A stretch of DNA of 63,336 nucleotides, filler included, from Chrysochromulina tobinii (taxonomy: Eukaryota), in the NCBI GenBank assembly GCA_001275005.1. It is 5 parts of 5 records of this genome, joined end to end, with 100 filler letters (N's around TTAATTAATTAA, not from the genome) between each part and the next. Parts side by side here need not be neighbours in the genome. Positions count along the whole stretch, not along the records: positions 1 to 18,756 come from JWZX01000738.1; positions 18,857 to 30,068 come from JWZX01000742.1; 3 more parts are not named here. One strand, written 5' to 3'. A model generated the notes under the pieces. That model was not told the DNA's origin. It did no database searches and saw nothing but the letters and a program-made list of their open reading frames with translations. This document shows, piece after piece, positions 8,832-19,809 of this stretch; position 1 is the first letter of the stretch; every line of letters begins with the position of its first letter. Both the position numbers and the translations under genes were made by a program.

Positions 8832-11354
8832 ATGCCCCAACCCAATCTTCTGAAGTATAAGCAAAGAAAAATGGAGCAGGAACTGCTCGCACGCGTGCTA
8901 CTTGCGCAAGATGACACTATGAGCGGATACGCCACGGCTCTGCGCGAGATACGCGCCGGCCACAAGCAGACGTGTTGGATCTGGTGGATATGGCCCACAC
9001 TGGCAGGTGTGCGCGAGACCAGCAAACCAGAGTTTTACGTGCCGGACGCAGAGGCTGCCTTGAAGTGGATTCGACATCCGAAGCTTGGCCCTCGCTTTGT
9101 CGATATCACGCGCCAAGCGGTGGACCACCTTGACGCTGGCGTGAGTCCATTACGGCTGTTCGGCTGGCAAGCCGACGTGGATAAGTTTCACGAGAGCGTG
9201 ACACTCTTCGGTGAGGTTACCAGGTGCAGCTACCCCGATCAAATTCGGCTTGAAGTTGTGTCGCTGTGTAATCGTGCGCTGAAGGCGCTGCAGCTACCAC
9301 CCCACCAGAAGACGCTCGAGGTGCTGCAACGGACGGGCGAGTCCTTCAGGCCGCAGCTCGACCCCCACTCGTTCGATCGCTCCATGTCGAATTCTCAATT
9401 GGCGTCAACACCTCCTCCTACCGAGTTGGCCGTCTTCCTCGCCGAGCTCGGCCTCGCCGCGCACACGGCGGTGATGCGCGCCGAAGGTTTCGATAGCATT
9501 GCCGCCCTCGGCACGATGGACAGTGACGATGCCACCGAGATGCGCTCGGCGCTCGCCGCCCGCGGGGTGCCTGGAGTCGACGTCGACCGCATTCTCGGCG
9601 CGGCAGTAGCCTGGGTGCACACCCCCCAAGCCGAGAATGTGCCGAGAATGCGCCCGGTGCTCCAAGCGGCCGGCAGCGGAGCCGTGACTGGAACGCCTGT
9701 GCAGCCGCAGCCACCGCCCATGTCCCAGGCCGCCTCCGTGATAGCTGTGGCGAGGGTCGCGGACGATTCTCGTCTCCTCTCGCAGCAGCCTCACCCGACA
9801 CGTGGCGCTGGTGGTGCGCCGGCTCTAGAGGTTGCAGCGGCCTTCGACGGTAGCACGCGTGCTGCAGGTGAGGCGAGTGGCGGAGGAGGTTCAATGAGGT
9901 CCCACACAGGGCCCCCTGCACAGGCATTCCAGCCACCGCAGGCGCAGGTCGCGGCCGCCAGGACCCCCGCCACGGTACCAAGGTTCGCGACGACCACAGT
10001 TCGACTGTGGGATAACGACGCGGACGTGGCCCAGCAGGCTGACAATTGCCTGCGGAGGATGAACGAGGCCACACTGGCGGATCCGGCAACGGCCGAGAGC
10101 CTCAAGCCTCTGTGCACCGTGGACGCACCCGTCCGAGATGGTGAGGCGATTCGTGGCTGGTCGTGCGTACGGATGGCGAGTGTGGCGCTGCCCGTGCCCT
10201 TAGCGCCACGCCTCCTCGCGCTCGATGTAGAGATGATAGAGAGGCGTGCCGACGGCGTGCGGCTGCCGGTGAGCGCCGCCCTCATCTGCTACGACCTTTC
10301 GCCACGGCAGCCGCAGCGCGTGCTCTTTTCTGGCCTTGTGGACCCGTCGGACTTTGATCGCGAGTGGCTGAGCGGCCCCATGGCTTACGACTACAAGGAG
10401 CGCTGGGTCGGACTCGACTACATGGCGCTGCGTGCGGCGCGTGAGCGCGGCGAGATGACGCCGGTGCGCGACCTCCAGCGCCTCGTACAAAAGCACATGC
10501 ACAGCGCCACCTATCTCGTCGGCCACTCCCTCAGTGGTGACCTCAAGGTGCTTCGCTTACACGGCCCCGAGCTTGAAGCGCGCGTCGTCGATACGCAAGC
10601 GCTGTACCCGCTGCCAGCGGGAGTCGGCCACGCGCGTCTCAAGGCCCTTGTGGAGGACATGCTACCGGCCGAGGCGTGGCGGCACTTCCAGGCGGTAGGC
10701 GCGGCGCACCCACCTGATCAGGACGCCAATGCGGCACTCGAGCTCGTGACGCGTGAGCTCGAGCTTCTCCTCGAGCAGCCTCAGCGCCGTATCGGCATGT
10801 GGAGCAACAGCGACGGTAGCGGCGGCAATCGCGGTGGCTGCTCGAAGCGTCCAATAACGGCCAACGATTCGCGGGCGATTCGAACGTTGCTAGTGGCCGA
10901 GTCAGACGTCGGACGTCTGATTGGGAAAAAGGGCTCAAAGATCGAGCAGCTTCGCGCCGACAGCGGTGCGCAACTCGAGCTTCTCTCACAAGCCGAGAGC
11001 CACACGCGGGGCGGGAGCACAGACGATACAAAACGAGTGCTGCGCATCGAGGCGCCTGACTGGGCCACGCTTGACCGTGCGTGTGCGCTCATCCATGCGT
11101 CGGTGCTGGTGCCTCCCGTTGTTGCCGGCATGGAGCATCTGACTCAGACCCCAGCCGACGACGTTGCCGCGGTGGTCCAGGGTTCGGCGCGGTATGAGGA
11201 GGATCGCGTGAGCACATCGGTGCGATCCTGTGGCCCCTCCCGAGCGAAGACGCTGTAGCTCCGGCTCAGGTCAGTGGCCCCGATGAGCATGGGCGGCATG
11301 GGCGCACCGATGGGCGGTGCTGCGCCGATGGGCGGTTTTCCGATGGGCAAGTAA
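8832..11354 (+). CDS. DUF1810 - SAM - DEDDh (REX/ISG20-like) 3'-5' exonuclease - KH domain protein
   Basis: DUF1810: GYATALREIRAGHKQTCWIWWIWPTLAG...HPKLGPRF...LFG...DVDKFHESVTLF (~8923-9300). SAM: LAVFLAELGLAAHTAVMRAEGFDSIAAL (~9421-9610). DEDDh: LALDVEMI / LVGHSLSGDLKVL / VVDT / HPPDQDANAALEL (~10200-10760). KH: VGRLIGKKGSKIEQLRADSGA (~10880-11100). A likely 78-nt intron (11192-11269, GTATGA..CTCAG) removes the TAG and adds a Met/Gly-rich tail ending at TAA 11354. Confidence 0.85.
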
Positions 11355-12026
11355 GCGCGCACGCAAACGGATCTTTGCTTTACGGTCCGTGGCAAATGAA
11401 GTGCCGGCCACTAATACTGCACAGTTTCTCGGTCATGGGCGCTCATGCAACTACCGTACGCTACACGCAGTTTTCTCGGGGGGGTCGGTCCCGGTCCTGC
11501 ATTGTGATTGTCACCTCAGAGGGCCGGCGGGCGTCAGCCACTGTGTTGAAACACCATAGGGTAACTACCTGTGTAGTGAAACCCTCCCCCTAGGTCAAAA
11601 TCTTGCGCCGGGCAGCGGTACGGTACGCAATGATAGAGCGAACACTCGACAGGTACCTACACACAGTTTTAACGCTCGCTTCACGAGTGCGGATCGCGCA
11701 AAACCCCGAGCGAGCCCTGGCAGGAAATCAGTTTCGTCGCGGTCCCCCGAAGCGCTCACCTCACCGGCATACTCAACGGACCGGACGGGACGGCTCCGCA
11801 CCCCTCGGTCAACACAAGAATCACAAGTACGAAGTAGAAGTACTGCTCGCTCTCTCGTGTCACTCCATTATGCTAGTGAGGTTAATGGGAGAGACAAATG
11901 CACAGCGTTCTGCACCCGCTGGCGCGGCGGCCATTGGTAGTCATCGGGTACGCCCGCCATGTCGCCCTTTGCGCCGCCACGGCATCGAGCAACAGGTCGC
12001 CGCGGCGCAGCCCAACGGCCACCAGG

Positions 12027-12899
12027 CTATGGGGCACGGGCGACCGTCTCGCCATCCACTTCGTCTAGACTTGGTTTTGCCTTCTTGTCGCCCCCGCCCG
12101 TGTCCCACTTGGATTTTCGCTTCACGACGGACGCGTCGGTCGCCGCGGCTGGCGGCGCTGCCGTAGAGGTGCCGATGCCGGCGGCGCCGCTCGGCGCCGC
12201 CCTTGGCTGCTGCTGATGCTGCTGCTCGAGGAGGCCCGAGGAGTGAAATTGCACACGCTCGCCCGGCTTGCGGCTCTGTCGCTCCTCGTACTCGCGCCGC
12301 GCGCGCTCGAGTTCCTCATAGAACTCGTGGGGCTCCACGGCCGTCGGGTCGTAAATCTCGCTCGGGTAGTTGCTGCCATTCTCAACAACGTCCATGAACG
12401 CGACCAACTTCTCGAGCAGGTCGGGGTTGCGAAAGCGCTTGGAATTGCGAATGTAGTCATTGACGCGATTGCCCTCCGTGGAGGACTTCACAAAGCCAAG
12501 AAACTTGGCCATGACCTTTGGGTTGCACTCGCCGGGCGGCGAGGGCGGCACCTGGAAGGACGGACGCACGTCCTCCTTTGGCGCAGGAGCGTCGGGCGTG
12601 CTGGAGGTGGTGCCATCGGCGTCCGAGGCGACGGCGAGCTTGGCGCTGCGCTTCACGATGGACACCTGAACGCTGCCCAGCCGCCGCGTGCCGCTCTTGA
12701 CGATGTCATCGTCGTCCAAAGAGACGCCCAGGTCCCTCGCAGGCATGGGCGGTTTGTCACCATTGCGGTAATCTACAATGGAGAGTAGGCCCGACGCGGG
12801 CGCCGGTGCGGCCGCGTTGCTGGTGCCGGCGGACGCCGGGGCCTCGTCGCCCGCGCTCTCCATCGGCTCGGGTGTCTCGGAGTACGCGACGAGGGACAT
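12027..12899 (-). CDS. SAP30BP: SAP30-binding protein (HCNGP-like)
   Basis: PPSPPGECNPK...IRNSKRFRNPDLLEKLVAFMDVVENGSNYPSEIYDP...FYEEL and C-terminal KRKSKWD; N-terminal MSLVAYS. Confidence 0.9.
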   Translation of the reverse strand: MSLVAYSETPEPMESAGDEAPASAGTSNAAAPAPASGLLSIVDYRNGDKPPMPARDLGVSLDDDDIVKSGTRRLGSVQVSIVKRSAKLAVASDADGTTSSTPDAPAPKEDVRPSFQVPPSPPGECNPKVMAKFLGFVKSSTEGNRVNDYIRNSKRFRNPDLLEKLVAFMDVVENGSNYPSEIYDPTAVEPHEFYEELERARREYEERQSRKPGERVQFHSSGLLEQQHQQQPRAAPSGAAGIGTSTAAPPAAATDASVVKRKSKWDTGGGDKKAKPSLDEVDGETVARAP

Positions 12900-13041
12900 G
12901 GCGTTCACAGCTGCTTCACAGTGGAGAGAATTTTCAGACTAACTTCGGCGCGGCAAAAGAATAGGAATTCACGACACCACGGGACCTGTCGTCTTGCCGT
13001 GATGGCAATTTAATTAACGCGAAGGTGAACGTGAGGAATTC

Positions 13042-13890
13042 ATGTCCGAAGTCACTCTCGACTTCATCGCTCTCCTCCGCCGACTCGTCGCGGACGTGCC
13101 GTCTCGCGGCGCCACCCTCAACGCGGCGTTGCAGCAACTCGCCTCCCAGGAGCTGCGTGACCTCGAGCCGGACGCGTCGCTGCTCGAGGCGCTGCTCTCC
13201 GTTCCCACCACCGCATGGGACTCCTTCTCTGCCGACGACTTGTACAAGTGGCACACGTTGCTGACGGGTGTGCTGCAGATCCCCGAGGTCGTCAGCGCCG
13301 CACCTGCGGCCGCCGCGTACGCCACCGACGCGCTCATCGACGGCGCCTTCGCGCGAGCTGCCCTGCCGCCCGCCGAGGAGACAGCTCAGGCGATGACTCC
13401 AGGCAGCTCGCTGCCTGGCTGCGTGAGCATGGTGAGCACGGGCGCTTCGAGCGCGAGCACGCGCACCGCGGCCCGGGTGGGAGGCCCGGGAGGCGGCGCC
13501 GCCGCCGGGAGTGCGCGTGCGCGACCGGCTGGGCCACGCGGCCGACCGTCAGCCCCCATCAGTGATGCGACACCACAGGCGAAGCAGGCGGCCGAGCTTG
13601 GGGCGGTGCGTGCGCTGCTGCACTGGCTGTACCGGAGCGGCGACGTGGTCGTAAAGTTCGCGGATGTTGACGATTTTTTCTCCGTGGCAACCACTAGTCA
13701 GTTCACTAGTCCCCCAGTTGGCCCTCTCGAACTCAAGTCGGCGTCGGCCTTCGTGCTTGGCCGCAACTTCCTTGTACCATTCGACGTGATTCTCACTGAC
13801 CCGCTCGCACGAGTCGAGAGGGACCTTGGCGCGGTCTCTGCGAAGCTTGAAGAGCTCATAGCCATGCAAGCACCTAAAACAGATGCTTAA
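13042..13890 (+). CDS. Hypothetical protein (282 aa)
   Basis: ATG-initiated ORF with coding-like composition, divergent from SAP30BP; no recognisable motif. Confidence 0.6.
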   Translation: MSEVTLDFIALLRRLVADVPSRGATLNAALQQLASQELRDLEPDASLLEALLSVPTTAWDSFSADDLYKWHTLLTGVLQIPEVVSAAPAAAAYATDALIDGAFARAALPPAEETAQAMTPGSSLPGCVSMVSTGASSASTRTAARVGGPGGGAAAGSARARPAGPRGRPSAPISDATPQAKQAAELGAVRALLHWLYRSGDVVVKFADVDDFFSVATTSQFTSPPVGPLELKSASAFVLGRNFLVPFDVILTDPLARVERDLGAVSAKLEELIAMQAPKTDA

Positions 13891-14090
13891 TTGCATGAGG
13901 AGCCTCTCAAGGAGCTCGCGACGACGCTATCGCTGCCAGTCCCGTGCAGCTAATACGGGACCATTTTCTTCTCGCGCGAACAGTGCCGTGTGTACCCGCG
14001 CACAGCGTCATGTTCCGTGACGTGAACTTTGACACAACTCGTGGGTTTACCGTAATCCAGTATTCACAGTGCAGGCCGCCGACTTTTTTA

Positions 14091-16218
14091 ATGGGCTGCG
14101 CCCAGGCGCGTCTCAAAACCAAGGTCGACGTGCGCGACCTGGAGTCGATTGTGCGCACGGGCGACCTCATTCTCTTCTCGTCCAAGCACGCTGCAGCGCA
14201 GGTGACCAAGTGCTTCACGGCGTCGACTTGGGATCACTGCGGCATGGTGGTCAAGTTCTCGTCGCGGCATGTCTTCATCCTCGAGTACGCAGGCGGTGTC
14301 TTCCTCTACCCGCTCTTTACACGGCTCTACACGTACTACGCCATCCAGGGCCGGGAGATCGTGCTGCGGAGGCTGCTACCCGGGCAGGACCGCGTCGAGA
14401 TGCAGAGGCGCGTCGAATCCTTCGTGCGCGGAGTGCTTGGGCAGAAGCCGCCGTCGATCGAGGAGATCCTCCTCGCCGTCCTGAAGCAAGAGGGCGTGGT
14501 CTCCTCGTTCCTCGCACGCCTCGCGGGCACCAACGAAAAGGAGCACGTGGACAACCTCGAGACCCTCTTCTGCTCAAAGCTGATCGCGTGCGTGTACAAG
14601 GAGGTTGGCATCCTAGGTAAGCACCGCAAGTCGTCGGACTTTCTGCCCAAGCACTTTGCGGAGGAGTACGACGAGTACCTCGACCTGCAGGCGGGCGCGC
14701 TGCTCGGCCCCGGGCTGCCCATCAATTTCATGAGCGTCGCAGAGGAGGTTGAGAACATCCGTCAGCGGATAGTCGAAGAGGAGCGTAAGAAGCCCGAGGC
14801 GATCGTGCGGGCCGTGTCGCAGTTCTACGTGGCGGCGCGCTCGGGCGTCGGAGGGCTCGGCGACGAGATCTCGCGCTCATTCCGCAATCTCGAGCGCGGC
14901 TTGCATGGCTGGTCCGAGGCAGCCCTGATTGCCTATGATTGCCTATGATTGCCTAGGATTGCTTAGGATTGCTTAGGATTGCTTATGATTGCTTATGATT
15001 GCCTACCTATAATTGCATGGCTGGTGTGAGGCAGCCCTGATTGCCTATGATTGCCATTCGCCCTGAGAACCCTGAGCCCGGAGTGCCAGTAGCCCTGATT
15101 GCCACTCATGACGGATGGCCTCTGATGGCCACTGATGAGCGCTGATTGCCACTCATGACGGATGGCCTCTGATGGCCACTGATGAGCGCTGATTGCCACT
15201 CATGACGGATGGCCACTCATGACGGATGGCCGCTGACGAGCGCTGATTGCCCCTCTCATCAGGTCCGAAGCGGCCGAGCTCGCACTTTCACGCACCTCGA
15301 GCTTCGCCAAGTTCGAGCAGCCCTTGATGGCAGAGGCTCCCGAAGCAGAGGCTCCCACAAGTGGGCGCCGTCGTGGGCGCGCCATCGCCCCGAACGGCAC
15401 CGCACAGGACGACAGCGCCCACGACGGCGCTGATGCTCACGACGGCGCTCCGACTCACGACGACGCCCACGACGGCGCGACAGCTCACGACGGCGCCCAC
15501 GACGGGTCGAGTCCACCCCTCCGCGGTGAGGAAGCCGCCGAGCTAGCTGAAGCGCGAGCGGCCGCCATGGACGACTCTCAGGCGAGGGAGCGCTTCGCCC
15601 GAGCCCAATCGCAGAGTCAGCGCGGCGCACATGCTGCACAAGGGTCAAGTCGGTACGATCGGCCGCCCGAGCGCCTGCCCAACGATGAGACACAGTTGGC
15701 CAACAATGGTGGTTACAACGCGTCTCAAGTGGCAGTGGCGCTCGATGACGACGTGGCGGCAGCGCGTGCGAACGGAGCGTTGACGCCGCTGCGGCGCAAC
15801 AGCAGCAGCGTGGCCTTCGATCTGTCGCGCGTCGGCAGCAGCGGAGGGCTGCGCTTGCAAGGGGGAGCTCTCGTCGACGAGGTGAAGGATGTGTCGCCGT
15901 GGTTCCACTCCCTCCTAATTGCCTCCGGATTGCCTCCTAATTGCCTCCGGATTGCCTCCTAATTGCCTCCGGATTGCCTCCTAATTGCCTCCGGATTGCC
16001 TCCTAATTGCCTCCGGATTGCCTCCGGATTGCCTCCTAATTGCCTCCGGATTGCCTCCTAATTGCCTCCGGATTGCCTCCTAATTGCCTCCGGATTGCCT
16101 CCGAATTGCCTCCTAATTGCCTCCTAATTGCCTCCAGGTGGAGAATGTGTCGGATGGCGGCGTGTACGCTCCAAGCGCCCTCAACGGCTACAGCCCGCCT
16201 TCGGCTCCACCTTCGGTT

Positions 16219-16249
<31 letters not shown>

Positions 16250-16293
16250 ACCAGGAGGTACCGAGGAAGAGCCTGCTGAGTGCCTTCCAATGA
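14091..16293 (+). CDS. Permuted papain-like amidase (YaeF/YiiX, NlpC/P60 superfamily), 3 exons
   Basis: RTGDLILFS...WDHCGMVV (His) precedes LFCSKLIACVY (Cys), then DFLPKHF. Starts MGC. Introns 14912-15262 and 15882-16137 give an in-frame low-complexity C-terminus ending TGA 16293. Confidence 0.8.
14925..15250 (+). repeat. Intronic tandem repeats (GATTGCCTAT/GATTGCTTAG)n plus longer CTGAT-containing units
   Basis: Directly visible arrays inside intron 14912-15262, which ends CCTCTCATCAG. Confidence 0.9.
15911..16135 (+). repeat. Intronic 22-nt tandem repeat (CTCCTAATTGCCTCCGGATTGC)n
   Basis: About ten units directly upstream of acceptor CCTCCAG at 16137. Confidence 0.95.
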
Positions 16294-17016
16294 GCGACTA
16301 CGGTGTGCATCTGAGCGAGTACGGTTTGCATCTGCATGTGACAAGAAGCGGACTTGAGGTAACATCGACGAGGGTACAGTTCTCGGCCCCCCCGGCGTAC
16401 CGCCGCCCTGGAAGCGGAACGCGAACCCGGGAGCCTAGGGTAAGGTCACGGGCGAGCGGTGTGGGTGGCCCGGGGTGGTCGCGCCCCTTGGCGTCCGGTG
16501 TGGGTGGCCCGAGGCTCCCCCGGCCCGTCGGCGGAGCGCCGCGATCTACTACGCTACTACCGGTACCAACTGAGGCCTTACGAGGCCCGCCCACGGCGTG
16601 CGGCTGCGGGCGGTCCGGTCACGTGTGGAGACACCGGGTTCAACGGTACATTCTACATACGCATACGGCGATACGGGCGATAACCGGCGCGCGAACGTAC
16701 CCGGGGTTACCGCGACGTCCGCGTGGGCCCACTGGCGTGGTTGGTCCGAGGTAATACGCGATAGTCCGAGGACCAGGACGGATCATGTCGGGGCGCAGCG
16801 CGGAGCGGGGAGCGCGCCCGGGGTCGTCCCCCGCCGCCGCCCGCGCCCGGGGACGGTACGCGTTCATACGCGCGGAGTCCGCGGACCGCCGGACGCGATT
16901 AATACACGACAGATTACACAATACACATGAGATTACAGCGTGGGTACGCGCGGTGATCTAATCGAATAATCAGCTTGGTCTCAGCTACTTTGAACTCGAA
17001 ACGGTCAGTACACGTG

Positions 17017-17773
17017 CTAACTCGTAACTGCACCCTGCTCGCTGCTGGGGCCGGGCTCTGCTAAATCGCCGCGACGTTCGAGCCACCTTAACTCGTAGAA
17101 CTCCTCATAACTGCTGCCAGCTGCAGCAGCTGCTGCTGCTGCGCGTCTGCGAGGGGAATCACATCAGCTGTGAATGCTCTCACGTAAGCAGCGCTCTCAC
17201 TGCACCTTCCCGATGAGCGGATCGGCCGCACGCACGACCAGCAGCTGGTCGTAGATACCCACGCCTATGGGCGTCTTGCTGCCCGGGATGGGCAGCGGCT
17301 TCGTGCCGAGCGCCGACGCGCCACCACCAGGCGCCATGTTGGCCGTTTTGCGATAGGAGGCCGTGCCAAAGTGTGGACTACACACAGAGAGAGTCGATCG
17401 CACGCATGTAAGCACGGTCATCGAGGGCCGCGGGGCGCGCTGGAGGAGAAGGCTGTACGCACATGAACTGCGCTGCCTGCTCGCCCATGTTTTTACCAGT
17501 GTGCTCCGGCCGGACGCGCGGGAATGTGCCACCATAGCCGACGAGTGGCGGCGGCAGTGAGTGCCGCTCCCTTGGCGGTACCCACGGATCGTCCATTTTG
17601 ACAAGGCCATGTGTGTCACGGCCGCGGATCGCTTCCTCGAATAGCGGGCCTGGGACGATAGAGGCTGGCCGCCGGCCGACGCGATCATGCTGTCTGATGC
17701 GATCGCGCGTGAGCTCAGTGGCTTGAGAAGTCGGCTCGTTGAAGATCGTTGTCCACAAGACGTTGCCGCTCAT
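17017..17773 (-). CDS. Hypothetical protein with a P-x-x-GYGGxxP motif (possible ciliary microtubule-inner-protein type); multi-exon
   Basis: ATG 17773; MSGNVLW...PLVGYGGTFPRVRPEHTGKN. Continues through two probable short introns (~17380-17405 and ~17147-17200) to TAG 17017; splice sites uncertain. Confidence 0.45.
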
Positions 17774-17969
17774 GGCTGCCGGACCGCCACTGCGCTGCGA
17801 TCGAGGCCTGTGCTTGCGGAACCGACTCTCGAGCAAGACGAGTTCCTGCGACCGTTGAGTCGTTCCAACAGCTCAAACCCCGCGCCGCTCGCCTTCTCCC
17901 CCCCAGCCTTTTTGGGAAGTGTGTCGGTCGACTTGACGCCAGACCCCCTGCCCTCCTGGCAACCCGGCC

Positions 17970-18569
17970 ATGCCCTCGGCCAGGCAGCCGCCGTGGATGC
18001 AGGAGCCCGCCGACGACGAGGACGGGGACGACGACGTCGACGAGCTCGATCCCATTGGGCGTAACACGCTCAAGCTGCGGAGCCGCTCCATCGTGGAGTC
18101 GATTGCGGTCGGGGCATCACCGCCAAAGTTGCCCCCTTCCAATTATTCAGGCCAACTATCGGCGCGCGGAGCGGGCGAGAATGTGTACAGGAGCAACGCC
18201 TATGCGCAGCAGCCCGCGCCCGGGGGCTTCTCAGCAGAGGCCGCCCGCTTTATGCCGGCAACGCCGCAGCCCTACCATCCACAGCATCCACCGCCTTACC
18301 CGCGGCCATCCGCGTATCCAACTGCGCAGTCGAGCTTAGGTGGAGGGCAGCACCCGCCGCCGTTGCAGCAGCAGCAACTACCCTCCATGGGGCAGAAGCG
18401 GTGGGAGATTAATGATACTATGATGCATCAGTCTTGGGGTACGCACGGCTTCGCCCCTTTCCTGTCCAACGGCCGCCCGAGCAGCACTTTGCATGCACGT
18501 AGCGCAAGCGCTCTCCCCTCACGTGTTGCACGCTTCCCGCCGGCGCAGGTACGGTGCTGCGCACGCTGA
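17970..18569 (+). CDS. Hypothetical Pro/Gln-rich protein, probably 3'-partial
   Basis: 199-aa ORF with a donor-like CAG|GTACGG near 18549 just before the contig end. Confidence 0.45.
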   Translation: MPSARQPPWMQEPADDEDGDDDVDELDPIGRNTLKLRSRSIVESIAVGASPPKLPPSNYSGQLSARGAGENVYRSNAYAQQPAPGGFSAEAARFMPATPQPYHPQHPPPYPRPSAYPTAQSSLGGGQHPPPLQQQQLPSMGQKRWEINDTMMHQSWGTHGFAPFLSNGRPSSTLHARSASALPSRVARFPPAQVRCCAR

Positions 18570-18756
18570 ATAGGAGCTGATGAGGAGGCCTACCGCATGC
18601 TCGCGCATTACCCAACGTCTTAACGCCCGAAATACGAACCGCGCATGATCTCGATCTGTGGGCATGTCTGCATGGGCCTTTAGGCCGGGCCAGAGTGACG
18701 TCTGACGAAGATGTCACAGGATCCAGGATGATCCATACTAAATGTAACCCGCCCGC

Positions 18757-18856
18757 NNNNNNNNNNNNNNNNNNNNNNNNNNNNNNNNNNNNNNNNNNNN
18801 TTAATTAATTAANNNNNNNNNNNNNNNNNNNNNNNNNNNNNNNNNNNNNNNNNNNN
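18757..18856. other. Artificial contig spacer
   Basis: N44-TTAATTAATTAA-N44, which places stop codons in all six frames. Confidence 0.99.
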
Positions 18857-19130
18857 ATGGAGATGTGTGTCTCCGTGTGCTCTGTAGGTTCGCTTTCTGG
18901 AAAACTCTCTTCAGCAACGCGCTCTTCTCTGCTCTGCTCTCTCACCCAAGCCCCTTGGAACGAGTGTGCTTTCCTTTCATGTCCTTTGAGAAACTCGAAC
19001 GCTATGACCAACGTCTGCCGCCGTGACGGGCTTCTTGTTTCGTCGACTGATGTTTCTTTTTCGCTTTGCGTTGACACTCTCGGGGAGAAACAGTACCGTC
19101 TCTTCTCTTTGACCCGGCACACTCAAGCTG

Positions 19131-19809
19131 TTGCTGTTGGATTTCATGGTCCTCGATGTCCCAGGTGGTGACAGTGCTGAAGGAATGGCCATCGTCGAGC
19201 GTGCCAACGTGATGAAGGCTGCCGGGAGCTACGGTGCCACCTCTGAGTTCCTCGCGCCGAAGCCAAGCTTCTTCAACATCCTCTACACGCACCCCAAATT
19301 CGGAGCGAGTGCGTACCTCGCCTTGCAGCGCGGCGCCTGAGCGCGCCGCCGACTCCACTGTTTGCGCCTCACTCGCGTTGGCACCCTCTGTTTGCTGCTG
19401 TGCCGTCGCAGTGCCGCAGTGGGGTGAGGTGCAACATCGCATCAAGTACACCGAGCCCATCGCGCTGCTGCCGAATTTGAATAGCGTGAAGGGTGCTGCG
19501 ATCGACCCTGCGCTGCGCCGTGCTACGCGCGTACCGTGGGGGCAGGGGCAGTCGTCCTCCGCCTTCCTGCCCCTGCATCTGACACAGCTGCCGAGCAGCC
19601 CGCTTGGCAAGCACCCTGCGCCGACGCCCGAAATGCCAGTGGTGGACAACTACTCAGCTTTAGGCAAGGTGCCGTACCATCAGAGCGCACCAGAGAGCCT
19701 CAATCCATGGGTGCGCAACCCGCCGCACAGAGCGAGCACGCGCCAGATCTACGAGCGGTTGTACGGACCGGAGAAAAAGGTGCCCCAAAAGTCCAAGGGT
19801 GTGCTGTGA
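19131..19809 (+). CDS. 3' exons of a hypothetical gene truncated by the contig start
   Basis: Two coding-like segments (LLDFMVLDVPGG...HPKFG; WGEVQHRIKY...KSKGVL*) separated by a probable intron ending GTGCCGCAG near 19419. Confidence 0.5.

Noticed and set aside
1076..11354. Bacterial defence island or integrated giant-virus segment
   Set aside because: Both genes have spliceosomal introns and host-like composition, and the neighbour is a eukaryotic housekeeping gene (SAP30BP); no viral hallmark genes. Ancient transfer of single domains remains possible.
15911..16135. Interstitial telomeric repeat
   Set aside because: Units do not match TTAGGG-type repeats and sit inside introns on the sense strand; treated as intron filler.
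16380..16920. GC-rich non-coding tracts with short direct repeats (also 36130-36740, 40250-40842, 56430-57280) as transposons
   Set aside because: Probably repeat-derived, especially at contig ends, but I could not define terminal repeats, target duplications or a transposase.
18757..18856. Four identical TTAATTAATTAA palindromes flanked by Ns (also 30069, 40843, 57281)
   Set aside because: Artificial six-frame-stop linkers used to concatenate contigs; not biological, and gene order across them is not meaningful.
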